A stretch of 32,000 bases of DNA from Candidatus Scalindua sp. (GTDB lineage Bacteria > Planctomycetota > Brocadiia > Brocadiales > Scalinduaceae): NCBI GenBank assembly GCA_031316235.1, contig JALDRA010000001.1, forward strand, positions 630,001 through 662,000. The letters run 5' to 3'. The position numbers were made by a program, and so were the translations under genes. Within the stretch, counting starts at the first letter, position 1. Each line of letters begins with the position of its first letter. The notes beneath the pieces were generated by a model. That model did no database searches. It had not been told where the DNA came from and was given only the letters and a program-made list of their open reading frames with translations. Below are positions 27,942-32,000 of this stretch, one piece after another.

Positions 27942-28486
27942 ATTTGATTCCAAAAAAAGTTTTTTTCACAAAAGGTGTCGGCAGACATAAAGAAAAATTA
28001 CAATCACTTGAACTTGCATTTCGAAAAGCAGGCATAGAGAAAAGCAACCTGGTCAGAGTCTCCAGCATCTTTCCTCCGAACTGCAAGATTGTATCAAAGG
28101 CCCAGGGAATCAGGCTCTTAAACCCAGGCCAGATAGTATTCTGTGTCATGAGCCTTAACTCAACAAATGAGCCCAACAGGATGATATCTTCATCCGTAGG
28201 GCTGGCAGTACCTGCTGAACCCAATCACTACGGCTATCTCAGCGAACATCACGCACACGGAGAAACAGACGAAATATCCGGTGATTATGCGGAAGACCTG
28301 GCCGCAACAATGCTGGCCAGTACACTCGGTATTGAATTTGATCCCGAAAAGAACTACGATGAACGGAAAGAAATATACCGTATGAGCGGTAAAATCGTCA
28401 AGACAAGACACACTACCCAATCAGCAAGAGGTGATAAGGAGGGATTATGGTCTACTGTAGTAGCCGCTGCAGTCTTCCTCCTTTAA
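27917..28486 (+). CDS. pdaD: Pyruvoyl-dependent arginine decarboxylase
   Basis: [12 protein letters not shown]...[27 protein letters not shown] contains the self-cleavage VSS|I region, and the length and C-terminus fit the family. It overlaps the upstream gene by 25 nt. Confidence 0.9.
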   Translation: MQKIKENINLIPKKVFFTKGVGRHKEKLQSLELAFRKAGIEKSNLVRVSSIFPPNCKIVSKAQGIRLLNPGQIVFCVMSLNSTNEPNRMISSSVGLAVPAEPNHYGYLSEHHAHGETDEISGDYAEDLAATMLASTLGIEFDPEKNYDERKEIYRMSGKIVKTRHTTQSARGDKEGLWSTVVAAAVFLL

Positions 28487-28897
28487 CTTTGTGTATTGAT
28501 ATATTGGGTCAGATTTTTACGATAAAACAATATTGAACAGAATGAATGATAAGTCAGGAATTGGCATTGTGCCGCAGACTTGAACCTGTTTCACATACCC
28601 CGTTAAGGGGGGGTATGTTCTCTTCGTAGACCCGGGGCGGCGTTTTGCTTACCCCGGGATGTGAAATTTACTCGCTTCCCGGTAAATGCAGGGCATGTCT
28701 GAGGTCCGGACAATACCTTTATTTCCTGCTGCCACCGGGCTTAAGTCATCAGCCCCGTTGACCGTTTTGTATGTATCATTTCCCCGAACTGCCTTTCATA
28801 TGGCATGAGGAATCTGAAGCCCTCTGCAGCGAACATCTGGTCCCCCCCCCACCTTTACGGCAATACTCTTCATGGGAAATGAACAATAAGAGAATGA

Positions 28898-29035
28898 TAT
28901 ACTCATCTCATACTGGATTTCGGATAAAATCCGGGATAAAATTGAGCGAGTAAAGTCCTCGCCTTTTTTGTCCGGGGATACCTTCACCAGGATCTGGTTT
29001 CAGGTAAAACCGAAAACCAGATCGGTTTTAGTATA
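28898..29035 (+). repeat. MITE-like repeat, copy D (138 bp, one hairpin module)
   Basis: Best-preserved copy: TATACTCATCTCATACTGGATTTCGGATAAAATCC...GATCTGGTTT-13 nt-AAACCAGATCGGTTTTAGTATA, with TA on both flanks. Confidence 0.85.
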
Positions 29036-29071
29036 TATCAATGGCAAAATGATAGAATCATTTCAAAAACA

Positions 29072-29228
29072 TAAGTTCAAACTGTTTTCAGAAAAATGTC
29101 ATTCCCGCATGCTATAAGCGGGAATCCAGCGGTGACGAAAATTCTGGATGCCCGATAAAGGCATTCGGGCATGACAAAAGAGGGTAGATAACCTAAAAAG
29201 TTTGATCACTGAAAACAGTTTGAACTTA
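29072..29228. mobile_element. 157-bp MITE-like element with perfect 20-bp terminal inverted repeats and an internal double hairpin
   Basis: TAAGTTCAAACTGTTTTCAG (29072-29091) is the exact reverse complement of 29209-29228. Inside lies GTCATTCCCGC-atgctataa-GCGGGAATCCAG ... CTGGATGCCCGA-taaaggcat-TCGGGCATGAC, two 8-bp hairpins whose outer flanks also pair. Confidence 0.7.
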
Positions 29229-29258
29229 CTCCAAAACAATCAGGCGGTAAACCAGAAT

Positions 29259-30560
29259 ATGAACAGAGAAATTCTCAGGCTTGCAATCCCAAACATCATC
29301 AGCAACCTTTCTGTCCCTCTTCTAAGTATCGTTGACGTAGCCTTGATGGGACACCTTGATTCTGCGGAATATATACTCACGATTGGTTTTGGAGTAATGA
29401 TCTTTAATTTCATCTATTGGAGCTTTGGATTCTTACGGATGGGTACCAGCGGTTTTACCGCGCAGGAATATGGTAAAGGCAACAAGAGCGAGTGTCTGTT
29501 AATACTCGGCAGAGCATTGCTGGTTGCTTTAACCGGTTCGATCATTATCATTGCGCTTAAAGCTCCTCTTTTGAAACTCAGTTTGTTTCTTATCGATACA
29601 ACCCCTCAGGTAAAATCACAGGTATCAGATTATTTTGCGATCAGGATCCTGGCTGCACCTGCAACAATATCCCTGTTTGCCGTTACCGGCTGGTTTTTCG
29701 GCATGCAGAATGCACGATACCCGATGTTTCTTGCTATCACCGTAAACCTGCTCAACACAGGTTTTAGTGTCTGGTTTGTAAACTATATGGGAATGAAATC
29801 AAATGGCGTGGCACTGGGAACGTTGCTTGCGCAGTACTGCGGCCTGATCCTGGCTTTTTCCCTTATTTACAAGGATTACCGGTATTTACTCCCCTTCTGG
29901 AACAGTTCTCATCTTCTCGATATTGACAGGATGAAAAAATTTCTCACGGTAAATTCTGACATCATTATACGAACCCTTTGTCTCATGTTTGCTTTCTCAT
30001 TCTTTAAGGTACAGTCTGCCAGAGAAGGTGTGGTAACAGGTTCTGCAAATATTGTTTTACTCGAACTTTTCATGATCATCGCTTTTGGGATTGATGGTTT
30101 TGCGAATGCTGCCGAATCAATTGTGGGTAAATATTTTGGGGCCGGAGACAAAAGGAATTTTCAAAATGCCATAAAAAGATCCTTCCAATGGGCAATGGGC
30201 CTGAGCATTCTGTTCGTACTGGTTTTTTATCTCTCTGGCAGAGAGCTCCTTCAGATAATAACCGATAATCAAGAGGTAATTAATGCGGCACTCCCATTTA
30301 TGGGATGGATCATCATATCTCCTGTTATTAACACCATACCTTTTATCTGGGATGGAATATATATAGGAATTACCGCTTCAAAGGCGATGAGAAATACAAT
30401 GCTTGTTTCCACATTTCTCTTTTTTCTCCCAGCATACTATCTTTTGCATACAATGCTGGGAAACCATGCCTTATGGCTGGCCTTGACACTTCTCATGCTC
30501 GCCAGGGGTGTATCGCAGACCATGCTGGCAAAACAGGCTGTCTTTAACAGGCTCAGATAA
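29259..30560 (+). CDS. MATE family efflux transporter (DinF-like)
   Basis: Family-typical N-terminus MNREILRLAIPNIISNLSVPLLSIVDVALMGHL and about 12 hydrophobic segments. The start is at ATG 29259, because the track start at 29202 lies inside the inverted repeat of the upstream element. Confidence 0.9.
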   Translation: MNREILRLAIPNIISNLSVPLLSIVDVALMGHLDSAEYILTIGFGVMIFNFIYWSFGFLRMGTSGFTAQEYGKGNKSECLLILGRALLVALTGSIIIIALKAPLLKLSLFLIDTTPQVKSQVSDYFAIRILAAPATISLFAVTGWFFGMQNARYPMFLAITVNLLNTGFSVWFVNYMGMKSNGVALGTLLAQYCGLILAFSLIYKDYRYLLPFWNSSHLLDIDRMKKFLTVNSDIIIRTLCLMFAFSFFKVQSAREGVVTGSANIVLLELFMIIAFGIDGFANAAESIVGKYFGAGDKRNFQNAIKRSFQWAMGLSILFVLVFYLSGRELLQIITDNQEVINAALPFMGWIIISPVINTIPFIWDGIYIGITASKAMRNTMLVSTFLFFLPAYYLLHTMLGNHALWLALTLLMLARGVSQTMLAKQAVFNRLR

Positions 30561-30629
30561 ACAGCACCCTGTTACTCTATTTTTTTCATGGCAGGCAGGG
30601 ACTGCCCTGATTTGGCAAACCATCACGTT

Positions 30630-31406
30630 ATGGATAAAAAAAGAAAAAAACCATTTGAATATGAGGCCCGATTCCGCTTTTATGCGGAATTGAATGATTT
30701 TCTTCCTCATAACAAGGCAAAAAAGATCTTTTATCACAATTTCAACGGAAGCCCTTCACTCAAAGATCCGATTGAGGCGATCGGAGTCCCTCACACAGAG
30801 GTTGACCTGCTCATTGTAAATGGCCTTTCAGCGGGATTTGATTACCGATTACAGGACGGAGATTTTGTTTCGGTATACCCCGTATTTAAGAACATTGACA
30901 TCTCTCCTATCGTTAAATTGAGAGGCAAACCACTGAACAGACATGCATTTATCCTGGATGTTCATCTGGGAAGACTGGCAAAGATGCTTCGCATGATTGG
31001 CTTTGATACGATGTATCGGAATGATTATAATGACGCTCATATTACTCAATTGTCCGTAAGAGAACAGCGCATAATCTTAACGCGTGATCGCAGGCTCCTC
31101 CATAAAAGAGAAGTAACACACGGATATTGTATACGGTCAACCAATCCTGAGTTACAGCTCCATGAGGTTATCAGGCGGTTTGATCTTCAAACCATGAGAA
31201 GACCATTCTACCGATGCATGATCTGTAACGGATTGATTCAAAAAGTTGATAAGGATGCCATTGAAGACAGGCTGGAACCAGGAACCAGACTCCACTATTA
31301 CGAGTTTCATCAATGTGTTGATTGTGACAGGATCTATTGGAAAGGTTCGCACTATCAACAATTAAAGGCACGGTATGAAAGGATTCGATCAGAATGTAAT
31401 GAGTAG
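30630..31406 (+). CDS. Mut7-C RNase (PIN-like) domain protein with N-terminal ubiquitin-like domain and C-terminal zinc ribbon
   Basis: FILDVHLGRLAKMLRMIGFDT...ILTRDRRLL is the Mut7-C/DUF82 core. The C-terminus has CMICNG...CVDCDRIYWKGSHY. The N-terminal part ends DGDFVSVYPVF (beta-grasp-like). The start codon is uncertain (30588 or 30630). Confidence 0.8.
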   Translation: MDKKRKKPFEYEARFRFYAELNDFLPHNKAKKIFYHNFNGSPSLKDPIEAIGVPHTEVDLLIVNGLSAGFDYRLQDGDFVSVYPVFKNIDISPIVKLRGKPLNRHAFILDVHLGRLAKMLRMIGFDTMYRNDYNDAHITQLSVREQRIILTRDRRLLHKREVTHGYCIRSTNPELQLHEVIRRFDLQTMRRPFYRCMICNGLIQKVDKDAIEDRLEPGTRLHYYEFHQCVDCDRIYWKGSHYQQLKARYERIRSECNE

Positions 31407-31504
31407 CTGTGCTTCCAATAGACGGTGTCTCCTGTCAAGACCCTCTCTAAATCGCTGCATGCGGATAAAAAGCTGCAGTACCTCTTCCCTTTCTTACGGA
31501 AAAA

Positions 31505-31837
31505 TCAAGGTATTGGAATTGAGTCGATCTTGGCGGCAAGGATAAAGTCACTCTCTGTGAGACCATTGATCTTGTGAGTACAGATCTCGATACGCACCTT
31601 TCCCCAGGTAAAGAAAATATCTGGATGGTGCCCTTCCTGTTCCGATACCGCCCCCACCTTATTGACAAAGTCAAGTGCTTTTACAAAATCCGGAAATTTG
31701 TATGTCTTCAGAAGGTGATGTTCTTCGATAACGTCCCATCCCTCTACCTGCTCATGAAGCTGTTTGAGACTCTCCCCTTTTAATGGGGGCACTCCGCCCT
31801 TACAGGGTATACATTGTTTACTGGCTAATTGAGACAT
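31505..31837 (-). CDS. phhB: 4a-hydroxytetrahydrobiopterin dehydratase (pterin-4-alpha-carbinolamine dehydratase)
   Basis: EQEGHHPDIFFTWGKVRIEICTHKINGLTESDFILAAKID is the family signature. The start is set at ATG 31837 (GAAGGGA SD upstream), and the longest ORF would start at 31870. Confidence 0.9.
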   Translation of the reverse strand: MSQLASKQCIPCKGGVPPLKGESLKQLHEQVEGWDVIEEHHLLKTYKFPDFVKALDFVNKVGAVSEQEGHHPDIFFTWGKVRIEICTHKINGLTESDFILAAKIDSIPIP

Positions 31838-31964
31838 TTGTGCTGTTCCCTTCTCACTGGTTAAGCGCATCCAGCCTTCTCGTCGGGCGGTTGCAGCTCT
31901 TTTAAAATTCCTCCCTTGTCAGACCCGGAAAGACTGCCCTCTCTCTTTACTGCCCTGATGCAGA

Positions 31965-32000
31965 CATACTGAAACCGATTTAGTTTTAGATTTTTCTGAA
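31965..32000 (-). repeat. MITE-like repeat, copy E (truncated by the window end)
   Basis: The reverse complement TTCAGAAAAATCTAAAACTAAATCGGTTTCAGTATG aligns with the right-hand 36 nt of copies A, C and D. Confidence 0.6.

Overview
AT-rich window from a diderm bacterium. The kdsC and lptC/lptA-type genes, the H1-like lysine-rich protein and the gene content are compatible with a Planctomycetota/anammox-like genome, but I cannot establish taxonomy from the sequence alone. Most of the window is a housekeeping backbone. On the + strand: a GspE/PilB-family ATPase (5' end outside the window) and a PilZ-like gene. On the - strand: mltA, smc, an H1-like protein, the nrdR-nrdD-nrdG operon, mnmE, yidC, a Trm112-like gene, scpA and an M50 peptidase. 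On the + strand again: kdsC, a fused LptC/LptA-like protein, a GDPD-HEAT fusion and cobA/hemD. The right third (24-32 kb) is accessory-like. It holds a tRNA-Leu(GAG), and a 27-nt look-alike of that tRNA's 3' end lies 3.3 kb away at the cobA/hemD stop codon. Together these bracket a decayed islet carrying a DUF1566/Lcl-type protein, a multiply frameshifted macro-like pseudogene and a secreted protein, with no integrase. Next come an MTH1187-family gene, pdaD, a MATE transporter, a Mut7-C RNase-domain protein and a pterin dehydratase. The signals not explained by ordinary annotation are all non-coding. (1) A MITE-like repeat family has 5 copies in 32 kb, a conserved hairpin with a compensatory base-pair change, and a 26-27 nt hairpin module present 0, 1 or 2 times. 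(2) A different 157-bp element has perfect 20-bp terminal inverted repeats and sits just upstream of the MATE gene. (3) A unit of about 330 nt runs from a consensus-like promoter to a strong intrinsic terminator directly upstream of kdsC, suggesting a leader or ncRNA. (4) An exact sigma-54 -24/-12 element lies upstream of a small orphan ORF. I did not find a clear multi-gene novel protein system such as a defence island with intact enzymes. No similarity search or RNA folding could be run, so all family calls rest on motifs recognised by eye.
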